This document shows, in pieces, positions 49,901-59,112 of a stretch of 64,000 nt of DNA. Both the position numbers and the translations under genes were made by a program. The notes below the pieces were generated by a model. The model had not been told where the DNA came from and did no database searches. It worked only from the letters and a program-made list of their open reading frames with translations. The stretch's first letter is position 1. Each line of letters begins with the position of its first letter. Source of the stretch: Pseudomonas phage HPP-Temi; the sequence record PP968062.1. The stretch is one strand, 5' to 3'.

Positions 49901-50744
49901 CCTTATTCTGCAATTCAAGGTTAGCTTCTTGAACTTTAACCAGATCACGGATACCCATGTAGGTACGGAACTGGAGCTCAAGACCTTTACGTTGAATTCC
50001 ATAGTTGACTTGTTCGTTATATCCTACAAGACGAGTTAGACTGTCTACAGCCATGCCCATCGAGCGGGACATAAAGTCGAAGCGCCCAGCGCTAACTTTA
50101 TCACGAATACCACGTTCTGCACGTTCAACCGCAGCTCGCGATATTGCACCCTGTTCACTACGCTGGAAGTTTTCTTTACTTACCAGTGTGTTTTGATCCA
50201 GAGCGGCTTTAATTACGTTTGCATCATCCTGTTCTTGACGACTGCGACGAATAGCGATTTGATCCCGTTGGGAATCAACCTCGTATTGGTACTGCTCAAC
50301 TTTCCGATTAAGACTATCGGAAATATTATCGTACAAGGCGTTTGGAATGCGATCTTTTAACTGAGGTAGATAATCCTGTGCTTTACGACCAAGATAGTCA
50401 AGGTCGGATGCATTAACTCGTTCAACCGTATCTTTGATATCGGTTACAGAAGCCATTACATCGTCATAGGCGCCAAACAAACGTGCAAAGCCATCCGGCG
50501 CAGCACTGCGCAAGAAGTTTCTTACGATGTCTTTGGTTTTCAATCCACCGAGGAAGCCCTCTTTCAGACCCGATTTGAATTCGGTAATTGGATCGCCAGG
50601 TTTGGCTCCAGGACCGAGATCATCAAACAGGTCATCCAGCTCATTCAGGTCAAGTACGCCAATTCGCCCCTGGGCATTTGTCCCAGCAGGTTTAGGCAAC
50701 CTGGTCTTTCTTGTAGCCATGGTCAACTCCATCGATATAAACAA
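43953..50744 (-). CDS. giant virion-associated protein (2263 aa) with C-terminal lytic transglycosylase (SLT) domain
   Basis: The SLT motif [22 protein letters not shown]...[12 protein letters not shown] lies near residues 1880-2050. Long Ala/Gly/Lys-rich low-complexity segments. The true start may be MATRKTRL at 50717. Confidence 0.75.
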   Translation of the reverse strand: [2263 protein letters not shown]

Positions 50745-50787
50745 TCATATCGTTTAGCTTTTTGTAACCCCTAAGAGGAAATTTGAA

Positions 50788-52440
50788 ATGAAGAAGGCTC
50801 TAGTCCCTTTCAACATTGACCTACTGATCCCCACAAAGGCTCAGCTTACAATGTTGGGGCAAGTAACTAGCCATGAGATCTTCGAAGGTACCGGTGGTAA
50901 CTTTCACGAGAAAGGTCTGTTCTCCGTAGAAATCTTCGGACGAATTGGATCCTCTGAACGTGAAGGTCGCTTCGGTTATATCAACATGGGTCTTGAAATT
51001 ATTCACCCGGTCATCTATCGTAACCTCATTAAGTTGAAGGCATTCTACGAAGATATCATCCTGGGTAAAGCTTTTGCTGTATTTGATCCGTCGATTAAAG
51101 ATTTCGTTCGTTCTAACGAGCTCGAAGGTAGAACTGGCTATGCCTTCTTCTTTGATAATTGGAAGAAGATCGACTTCGGTGAAACTAAGTCCTCTATTCG
51201 TCGTGTACGGGTTGAGCTGATGAAGAAGTACATGAGTAACTGTACCTTCAAGAACCTGCTCGTTATTCCCGCTGCATATCGTGAGGCCGAGATCGATGTT
51301 GATGGTCGTGTATCCATGGACGAGGTTAACGAACACTATCGTTACATGTTGAACCAGTCTTACGGTGTACCTGAATACTTCGGTCCCAATGATGACCTGA
51401 GCATTTATGACCGTAAACGGACTTCAATGCAGTTGACTGCTCTGGCGATCTATAACCACTACGAAAACCTGTTGTCTGGTAAAGGTGGATATATTCAACA
51501 GAAGTGGGCATCTCGACGTGTATTCAACGGTACTCGTAACGTTATCAGTTCGTTGGATACTAACGCAGCTGATCTCGACCAACCCAACCGTCCCAAGTTT
51601 AAAGATGCTGTAGTCGGTATTTATCAAGCAGCCGTATCGGTTAAGCCTAAAACTATTTATCATCTCCGGAATGGTGTTGTAGGTCAGGTATTCGACAGTC
51701 TGTCTAACCGTGTAGAACTGATAAACAAAAAGACCCTGAAACTTGAATGGGTTAACATCAGTAACGAAGAGATGGACCTTTGGGGTACACCAGAAGGTCT
51801 GGAACGTGTTATCGGTGAACTGAAGGTAATTGAGAAGCGGTCTCGTGCTATTGAGATCGGTGGTTATTACCTGGCTCTCGTGTACCTCGATGACAAACAG
51901 AACTTCAAGGTCTTCCGTGACATCACTGAAATGCCTAAGAATTTGGATCACAAATTCGTTCGTCCTATCTCTTATGCAGAGTTGATTTACCTGAGCGGAT
52001 TACCTATGTGGAAAAGAAACTCCGCATTCGTAACTCGTTATCCCGTTGAGAACTATAACAGTTCTATCCCTGTCAAGATGTACGTTAAGACCACCGTTAA
52101 AGGTGAGATGCGTTATCCACTGGGTTGGGATTGGGAACGTGATACCAATGCCGAAATCGCTCTTGAGTATCCGATCATCACTATCAACGAGCCTGCACAA
52201 TGGCACGACTCGACATCTATCTCTCCGTCCATTCTTGCTCCTCTTGACGCAGACTTCGACGGTGACACTGTGTCGTTCAACGCCGTGTATTCCAAAGAGG
52301 CAATTGAAGAATCTGATAAGTTCTTCAAATCTCGTCTAGCCTATATAAAGGCTGGTGGTGGTCTCGCATTCAGTGTCAACATCCACACGCTTAACCTAAC
52401 TCTCCGGTACATGACTGGGGAACCGAAAAGTAGGGATTAA
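50788..52440 (+). CDS. multisubunit RNA polymerase beta-prime-like subunit, N-terminal fragment
   Basis: 550 aa. NEPAQWH (like NRAPTLH), LDADFDGDTVSFNAV (like NADFDGDQMAVH) and ASRRVFNGTRNVISS (like GKRVDYSGRSVI) are present. Confidence 0.6.
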   Translation: MKKALVPFNIDLLIPTKAQLTMLGQVTSHEIFEGTGGNFHEKGLFSVEIFGRIGSSEREGRFGYINMGLEIIHPVIYRNLIKLKAFYEDIILGKAFAVFDPSIKDFVRSNELEGRTGYAFFFDNWKKIDFGETKSSIRRVRVELMKKYMSNCTFKNLLVIPAAYREAEIDVDGRVSMDEVNEHYRYMLNQSYGVPEYFGPNDDLSIYDRKRTSMQLTALAIYNHYENLLSGKGGYIQQKWASRRVFNGTRNVISSLDTNAADLDQPNRPKFKDAVVGIYQAAVSVKPKTIYHLRNGVVGQVFDSLSNRVELINKKTLKLEWVNISNEEMDLWGTPEGLERVIGELKVIEKRSRAIEIGGYYLALVYLDDKQNFKVFRDITEMPKNLDHKFVRPISYAELIYLSGLPMWKRNSAFVTRYPVENYNSSIPVKMYVKTTVKGEMRYPLGWDWERDTNAEIALEYPIITINEPAQWHDSTSISPSILAPLDADFDGDTVSFNAVYSKEAIEESDKFFKSRLAYIKAGGGLAFSVNIHTLNLTLRYMTGEPKSRD

Positions 52441-52442
52441 CC

Positions 52443-55400
52443 ATGCGTTTGAAAATTCATCAGTTTCTGAAGAACTACAGCCTTCGAAACTCCGGCGAAC
52501 TATTGCGTCCGCGTTTGTTCCCGTTAGCGAAGCTGGAACTGCCTCTTGAGGTAGTATATCAGTTCCTTGATGACAACGCTGCTGTAAAGGGTCCGAGTCA
52601 ATCGGACCCCCTCTTTGCCAAGCTGCAAGGAAAGGTGTTCATTGAGCACGTTACACAGCTGGAGACTCTTGATGGTAACGCTCGGCGTACTTCGCTTATT
52701 CCGACTACCCTTGAAGCAGACTTCCGTCGTCAGCACCGTTTCTTCAAACCACTGCGTAAAGATGCGGCTGTAAAGCTTAACACACAGAACGTTGCTGTAG
52801 TCAACTACAGCATGCTGAACCCGCTTTGGAAATACCAAGCCAACTTCAAGTCGAACTGGTATCGCTGGAGCAACAATACTGCTACCTTCTGGAAAGGTGT
52901 AGCAGATATGCATAAACGTTTCGGCTGGAACCAATTCATCGAACTCCATATCCCGGAATCCATTCCGACGTTTAACGAGTTCAAGATGTTGGAGCGTGGT
53001 ACCACTCAGGCATTGCTTGAGAAGTTCCGTACCAATGCAGCACTGAACGTTTTTGATCTGTATCGTTTCCTCGGTGAAAACCGTGCTTCTTCTTATCTGT
53101 CTACTTTGCCGAAAGAAGCATACGAGAAGATTAACTTCCTGATTCGTGTACAGAACAACTTCTTCGTTATTAACCTGGGTCAACTGGAACAATGGCGCGA
53201 TGCTCCGGAAGTTATTGCCGAGCAAGAAACTGTAGCCACTGAAAGCTTCGTTGATGAACTGGGTCTTGAAGTCTTCTATAAACCTGACGTATTACAACGT
53301 CGCATGATCAGCCTGTTGACTACTCTCGTTGAGTACAACAATGGTAACGATACTCTCATGGAGGTCGAACCAGAGGCACCTAAGATCACCGATATGGTTG
53401 AACCCGAAGACAAGTCCACTGACGAAGAAGAAGAAGCTGAAGAAGTTACTGAGCGTGCAGAAGAAGCTGAGGAAGGTGTCGATACAGATGCTATCGATGA
53501 TACATCCGAATCTGGTTCTAATGTTAGCTCCCTGCTTGACCTGGGTATGCTCGAAGTTGTATTTGAGCCGCCACCCGAGTCCGAGCTTGAGAAGACTACT
53601 CTTGTCATCGAGAAAGATCCGCTTGAGACAGCAGAAATTGCTAAAGCACCTACTCTCAAAGTAGAAACTGCTCCGGTAACTAAATCGATTATCCCAGCTT
53701 TCAGTAGCGGTGATGCGTTGGTTGATCCGGTTGGTCAGAAAGCTTATGACCTGTACCAAGTCGGTATGATCTCTGCCCGTGCATTTGAACAGGCTGTAGA
53801 TGACTCGGCTATGTATAAGTCTATTCCGGATCCGTTTGGTTCGGGTAAGACTATTGCAGAAGCAATGACATATGAAAAATCTGACTTCGTAATTCCATCT
53901 GAACAATTCGCTGACAAAACCACCATCACTGACAAGTCGATGCTGGGTGCAGTTCACAAAGCGATGATGCGCAAGTACACGAAGACTCTTCTACCGAAAG
54001 ACATCATGCAATCTATCCTGTCCATTCAGGCTCAGGGTGTAGCTGTTACTGATGTGCGTATGGAAGAAGTCCGTGATGCGATGAACCACTACCAATCGTT
54101 CACTGTTACTGTGAAACCGATTCGTGGTCGTCCTTCTCAACTGCGTTTCCGTATTCCGGTTATTGACCGGGATGGTCGTTTCCGTTCCAATGGTGTTACT
54201 TATCGTCAACGTCTGCAACGCGCGGATATTCCGATTCGTAAAGTCAACCCACTTAAGGTTGCACTCACCAGCTATTACAACAAGACTTTCGTAAATCGTT
54301 CTGAGCGTGCTGAGAACAACTACGATACTTGGCTGATCCGTCAGATCGGTGTACGTGCTCGTGATAACAATGACGTGTCGGTAACTGATGTACGTTATGC
54401 TGAACTGGACCAAGCTCAATTCGTTCTGCCTCGGGTATACTCTGCTCTGGGTCGTGCTTACCGTTCGTTCAAGAATGGTGCGAATGAGTTCTACTTCAAG
54501 TTCGACGATCATGCCGAGTACTTCCACAAGACCTACGGGATTTCCGTAGAAGCGCTTGAGAAGGATGGAATGGTTGTTGTGGGTTCCCATAACCGTCTAC
54601 CGATTTTGGTTGACCAAGGTTCTCAGTTCTACGTTAAAGAAGGTAACGATCTCGAACCGATGGGGACGATGATTGATATCCTGGGTCTGAACCAAGTGAA
54701 AGCTCCTCTGGAAGCAATCCTTGTTTCTGTGGCCAACAAAGAACTACCCCTCGGTTTCATCTTGGGTTATCGTCAAGGTCTGTCTGGTCTACTGGATACG
54801 CTTGGCGTTCAATATCAAAGTCATCCTCGTGGTACTCGTATTAGCGTTAGCCCCGATGACTACACTCTGGCATTCTCTGACGAGATCCTGGTGTTCAGTC
54901 GTCAAGACTACCGTGCTACTCTGGTACTCGCTGGCTTGAAGCGTTATCATCAATCTCTGAAGAAGTTCTCTCGTTGGGATTTCGATCGACGTGACGTCTA
55001 CTTCCGTCTACTAGAGGAAGCTGGTCTCTCTGCACGTTATACTCGTGAGATCGATGGCCTGTTTACTTCCTTCGTTGACCCGATCACTAAAGGTCTGCTT
55101 GAAGAGATGGGAGAGCCGACTGATTTCCAAGGTCTGCTATACCGCTCTGTAGAGCTGCTGACTAATGACTGGTCTCCTGCCGAGGTAGACGGTGCATACA
55201 TGCGCTATCGCGGCTATGAACGTATGGCTGGGGCTATCTATGGCAGTCTGAACCGTGCTGTTCGTATATACAACAACCGTGAAGGTTCTGCCGATCAACA
55301 GATCGTCATGGATCAACACGAAGTATGGCGTAAGATTGCATCTGACCCGACCGTTGCTACTATTGAAGACTCGAACCCTATCGCTAACTTGCGCGAGCAA

Positions 55401-55664
55401 GAAGCCATGACCTACCGTGGTGATGGTGGCCGTGGGCCGGACTCGATGGTTGCCCGTACACGTATCTATCACGAGTCTGATGTGGGCGTTGTATCTGAAT
55501 CTACTGTTGACTCTGGTGACGTGGGTGTAATTGCCTATCTGTCTCCTGATGCCAACTTCAACAGCATGCGTGGTACTACCCGTATGTTCGAGAAAGGCAA
55601 AGACGGTACGGCTAAGATGTTGTCTACTGGTGCACTCACTGGTGTAGCTACAACCAACGATGAT
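52443..55664 (+). CDS. RNA polymerase beta-like subunit, exon 1 (ends at the intron)
   Basis: Translationally coupled to the upstream gene (TAAccATG). The C-terminal TYRGDGGRGPDSMVARTRIYHESDVGVVSESTVDSGDVGVIAYLS aligns to beta region D ([39 protein letters not shown]). Has an acidic insertion. The 3' boundary is approximate. Confidence 0.5.
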
Positions 55665-56003
55665 TGAGGTTATTGAATCGGAAAGTCTTTTCAGATTTGA
55701 GAAACCTTTGGTCCCAATGAATAGCGATATTCATTTGGAATCTCCCTTAATTGCTGGAACCTCCTTAGAGCTAATCTAACCACTGCGAGTCGAAAGACAA
55801 AGCCAAGGTTTGAAAATAGATTAGATTGGACAATCAGCAGCCAAGCTCCGTATAGGAGAAGGTTCAACGACTAACCGCTTATCACGGTGTACCTGCCAAG
55901 TGGTGGGGAAATAGGGAGCCTCTCAAGTAGAGGAAGATATAGTCTCCTCTTTAGGGAAACCTAAAGCAGTCGAAAGACGGAATTGATCTAACGAATCAAT
56001 TTG
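55665..56003 (+). ncRNA. group I self-splicing intron (about 340 nt, no internal ORF)
   Basis: Core elements: P aattgctggaa (~55757), Q aatcagcagcc (~55840), R ggttcaacgactaa (~55867), S aagatatagtctcc (~55934). P with Q and R with S are mutually complementary. Boundaries are approximate (+/-20 nt) and were chosen so that the length is a multiple of 3, the 5' site follows a U and the 3' site follows a G. Confidence 0.75.
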
Positions 56004-57152
56004 AAGACAAGGCCGAAACGTATCAACTTCGTTTCTATTCAGCAACAGCAAGGTATCTATGCAGACGGTTACGAGGTTACTCCTCTCCGTACTGGCTACG
56101 AGCAGATCATCGCTCAACGCACTAGCTCTATCTTCGCATCCGCTGCTGAACAAGATGGTGAAGTTATTGCTGTAGATGCTCACGGTATTACCGTCAAGTA
56201 TGCCGATGGGGAAATCTTCAGTTCTCAACTGGGTACCGTTCATGGTACCGCTGCGGGTGTAAACTATCCGCACACTCTGACCACTGGCCTTAAGAAAGGT
56301 GATAAGTTCAAACGTGGTGATACTCTGGCTTTCAATAGCAAGTATTTCACTGAGGACCGCTATACTCCTGGACAGGTTCTGTGGAAAGCAGGTGTGATGG
56401 TTCGTGTTGCATTCTGCGATAACCTTGACACGCTTGAAGACGGATCGGTAATCAGCCGTGACGTAGCGATCAAGCTGAATACTCAGACTACTGACATTAA
56501 GAACATCACTGTTCGCTTTGATCAGGCAATCGAGAATTTGGTCAAGGTTGGGGATCACGTAGACTTGGATTCAATTCTATGTACTATTCAAGACCCCGAA
56601 ATGGCCAAGAACTCTCTGTTTGGTGCCGCGAGTATTGAAACCCTGAAGAAACTTTCCGCTAACGCTCCGCGAGCGAAAGTTGTAGGGACTATCTCTAAGA
56701 TCGAATGTTACTATCATGGTGACATCGAAGATATGTCTGACAATCTTCAGAAGGTAGCTCGTGCTTCTGATAAAGAGAGAGCCGATAGGGCCAAGTCGTT
56801 GAACGAACCGGAATTCACTGGTGAAGTCGACGCATCCTTCCGTGTTAAAGGTCAGATGCTTGAACCTGACAACATGGTTATCCGAATCTACATCGACCAT
56901 GATATCCCTTGTGGTACTGGTGACAAAGGTGTAGTTGCGAACCAGATGAAAACTGTGTTCTCTCGGGTAATGGATGGTCGGAACGAGTGTGAAGATGGTA
57001 CTCCGATTGGTCTGATCTTCGGTAACACATCGGTCGAAGAACGGATGGTCATGTCCCCTAAATTGATTGCGACTACCACAATCTTGCAGCAAGCACTTTC
57101 TCAGCATATAGCTGCGCTCTATCGAGGAACCACAAATGCAAAATCAAAGTAA
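56004..57152 (+). CDS. RNA polymerase beta-like subunit, exon 2
   Basis: Same reading frame as exon 1. Contains AFNSKYFTEDRY (like AFMPWNGYNFEDSI) and GTGDKGVVANQ...ECEDGTPIGLIFGN...RMVM (like [33 protein letters not shown]). Confidence 0.5.
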   Translation, partial: KTRPKRINFVSIQQQQGIYADGYEVTPLRTGYEQIIAQRTSSIFASAAEQDGEVIAVDAHGITVKYADGEIFSSQLGTVHGTAAGVNYPHTLTTGLKKGDKFKRGDTLAFNSKYFTEDRYTPGQVLWKAGVMVRVAFCDNLDTLEDGSVISRDVAIKLNTQTTDIKNITVRFDQAIENLVKVGDHVDLDSILCTIQDPEMAKNSLFGAASIETLKKLSANAPRAKVVGTISKIECYYHGDIEDMSDNLQKVARASDKERADRAKSLNEPEFTGEVDASFRVKGQMLEPDNMVIRIYIDHDIPCGTGDKGVVANQMKTVFSRVMDGRNECEDGTPIGLIFGNTSVEERMVMSPKLIATTTILQQALSQHIAALYRGTTNAKSK

Positions 57153-57330
57153 CAACGTAGTACTCAGTCAGAACATCGCCGTTCTGACTGCTGCTGCCGA
57201 ACTTGGAGCCGAAGCTTTGCTTCGCTCCATCGGCGGCGACACCTCGGCAGCTACTCTAGAAGGTGAGTATCTGACCAAAGAAGATATCCAGGCGGCTATC
57301 GTTGCCCGTATGTGCAAATACCTCGGTTAA
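57136..57330 (+). CDS. hypothetical small protein
   Basis: 64-aa ORF overlapping the exon 2 end by 17 nt. Confidence 0.25.
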   Translation: MQNQSNNVVLSQNIAVLTAAAELGAEALLRSIGGDTSAATLEGEYLTKEDIQAAIVARMCKYLG

Positions 57331-57342
57331 TTAGGAGTCAAC

Positions 57343-59043
57343 ATGTTTAATCCCGAAACTCTGGACGCTGTCCGTGATGCGGCCCAAGCGTTCACTGAAC
57401 AAGAACGTGTTCTGACTATTCCGAACCCCGAGTTCCCTCTGGCTGTCTATGCTGACGGTTTCAACTGTGAATCCGAAGGCAACAAAGTTGCAATGTCCGA
57501 TGAACTGGCTGCTTCCGTAGAGTCTCACTTCATCGAAAGCAACGTAGAAGCTCCCGAGAACGTGAACGAAGAGCGCGAAGCAATCATCAGCAATATGCAC
57601 ACCGCTATTGCTAAGATTCAGTTCAACACTCAGAACGTTATCATCCCGGCTATCAAAGCCATGGCTACCGATTACGCTAGCCGTCAAAACGTAAGTGGTC
57701 AAGCAGACTGCGACGTTAGCACTTTCAACTACGATCCGATCCACAACGATCCTCGTCTGGTGAACCACATTCAGACCCGCTATGCCAAAGTACGTCCTCT
57801 TCCGGAATATCGTACTTTCATGCTGCGTCCTATTGATGCCGCTGCTATCATCGAGATGGTATCGATCAATAACCCGCACCTGGATCAAGAGCAGGTTACT
57901 GAATGGGCTCTGAAGATCCCGGCTCAACGTGTAGAGAACGTATGGAGTGAACTGTTCGGTACCGCTCGTGGTCTGACTGTTTCTAACCTGAGCTTCATTA
58001 ACCCGAACGCCTTCCCGTTCAATCTGGATGAACTGACCCTTGGTTACTTCATCTGTGGTCACTACATCGACAATCCTCAGGAAGTTCCTGGTGAGTCTGT
58101 GACTTCTGATGAATGGGAGCAAACTGTACGTCTGCTTCACGAAATGCTCGGTTTCTACATCATCCGTGCCTATGAGAATCGTCTGGAGATGCGTGAGTCC
58201 AATACTCTCGTTCTGCGTTACGAAGCTCATCGTCCGGTTGAGAACCGTCGTGTACTCGTTACTCTGAACGGTGACGTAGCTGAAAGCTGGCTGGTTAAAG
58301 GTGGTAGCGTAGAAGCTCTGCTGGGTGCTGCTATTGATGGCGGTAACGTTGTTCATGCTCAAGGCATTGATGCCCGTGCTGAACATTACATCCGTCGTTG
58401 GACTGCTACCTACCCGCTGATCAAACAGGCTGCTCTGGACTACGCTGAAAGCCGTCGTCGTCAAGACGTAATCGATACCTTCCTGACCCATTGCGGTGAT
58501 GGTCCTCTTCGTGAGATGAACATCGGTAACGTACGCGAGATTCTGGCTGCTGCAATGCGTTTCGTTCGTAGTGAAGACCTCGATAATCCGTACTGTGTAT
58601 TCAGTAACCTGATCTGCCGTACCTATTACACTGAGCCGATGTACAAAATGTACCTCGACACTATCGATGAGTATGGTCAGAACTTCCCTGCCGCTGAACT
58701 GCGTGAGCTGAACACCCAGGCTCTGATCTCTCTGATCGCTATCTTCCAGGCTCAGCAGATCAAAGTAGAAATGTTCAATCCTGATGTTGATCCTAACGCT
58801 ACTCTTCCTCAACCGGAAGCTGTTCCGGAAGAACTCTCTGAACCGACTGGTGAAGAAGTATCCGAAGCAGTAGGTGATGCTATTGAAGGTGAAGGCCCTC
58901 TGGCTGAAACTCCGGAAGTAGAAGACGAAGAAGATCCTTACGCTGACACGCCTGCTGAAACCGAGACTGAAGTAGTCGAAGTAGAAGAGGAAAAAACCAG
59001 TGAAGAAGAAACTGAATCGGAAACTGAAGAAGAACAAGCTTAA
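57343..59043 (+). CDS. hypothetical protein with highly acidic C-terminal tail
   Basis: 566 aa. AGGAG SD. The C-terminus has an EEVSEAVGDAIEGEG...ETEEEQA acidic repeat region. Confidence 0.45.
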   Translation: MFNPETLDAVRDAAQAFTEQERVLTIPNPEFPLAVYADGFNCESEGNKVAMSDELAASVESHFIESNVEAPENVNEEREAIISNMHTAIAKIQFNTQNVIIPAIKAMATDYASRQNVSGQADCDVSTFNYDPIHNDPRLVNHIQTRYAKVRPLPEYRTFMLRPIDAAAIIEMVSINNPHLDQEQVTEWALKIPAQRVENVWSELFGTARGLTVSNLSFINPNAFPFNLDELTLGYFICGHYIDNPQEVPGESVTSDEWEQTVRLLHEMLGFYIIRAYENRLEMRESNTLVLRYEAHRPVENRRVLVTLNGDVAESWLVKGGSVEALLGAAIDGGNVVHAQGIDARAEHYIRRWTATYPLIKQAALDYAESRRRQDVIDTFLTHCGDGPLREMNIGNVREILAAAMRFVRSEDLDNPYCVFSNLICRTYYTEPMYKMYLDTIDEYGQNFPAAELRELNTQALISLIAIFQAQQIKVEMFNPDVDPNATLPQPEAVPEELSEPTGEEVSEAVGDAIEGEGPLAETPEVEDEEDPYADTPAETETEVVEVEEEKTSEEETESETEEEQA

Positions 59044-59112
59044 TTGATAACCTCCGGTATCCTTCGGGGTACCGGAGTGTGTCAACTTTCCTTTTTCTAA
59101 GAAGAGACTTAT

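Noticed and set aside
53380-53540. GAA/GAG-rich simple repeat inside RNAP beta exon 1.
   Set aside because: It is in-frame and encodes an acidic E/D-rich insertion. Not an independent repeat element.
57343-59043. Phage-nucleus shell protein (chimallin) for the 566-aa acidic-tailed protein.
   Set aside because: Only size and genomic context prompted the idea. I cannot recall any diagnostic chimallin motif to match, so this remains uncalled.
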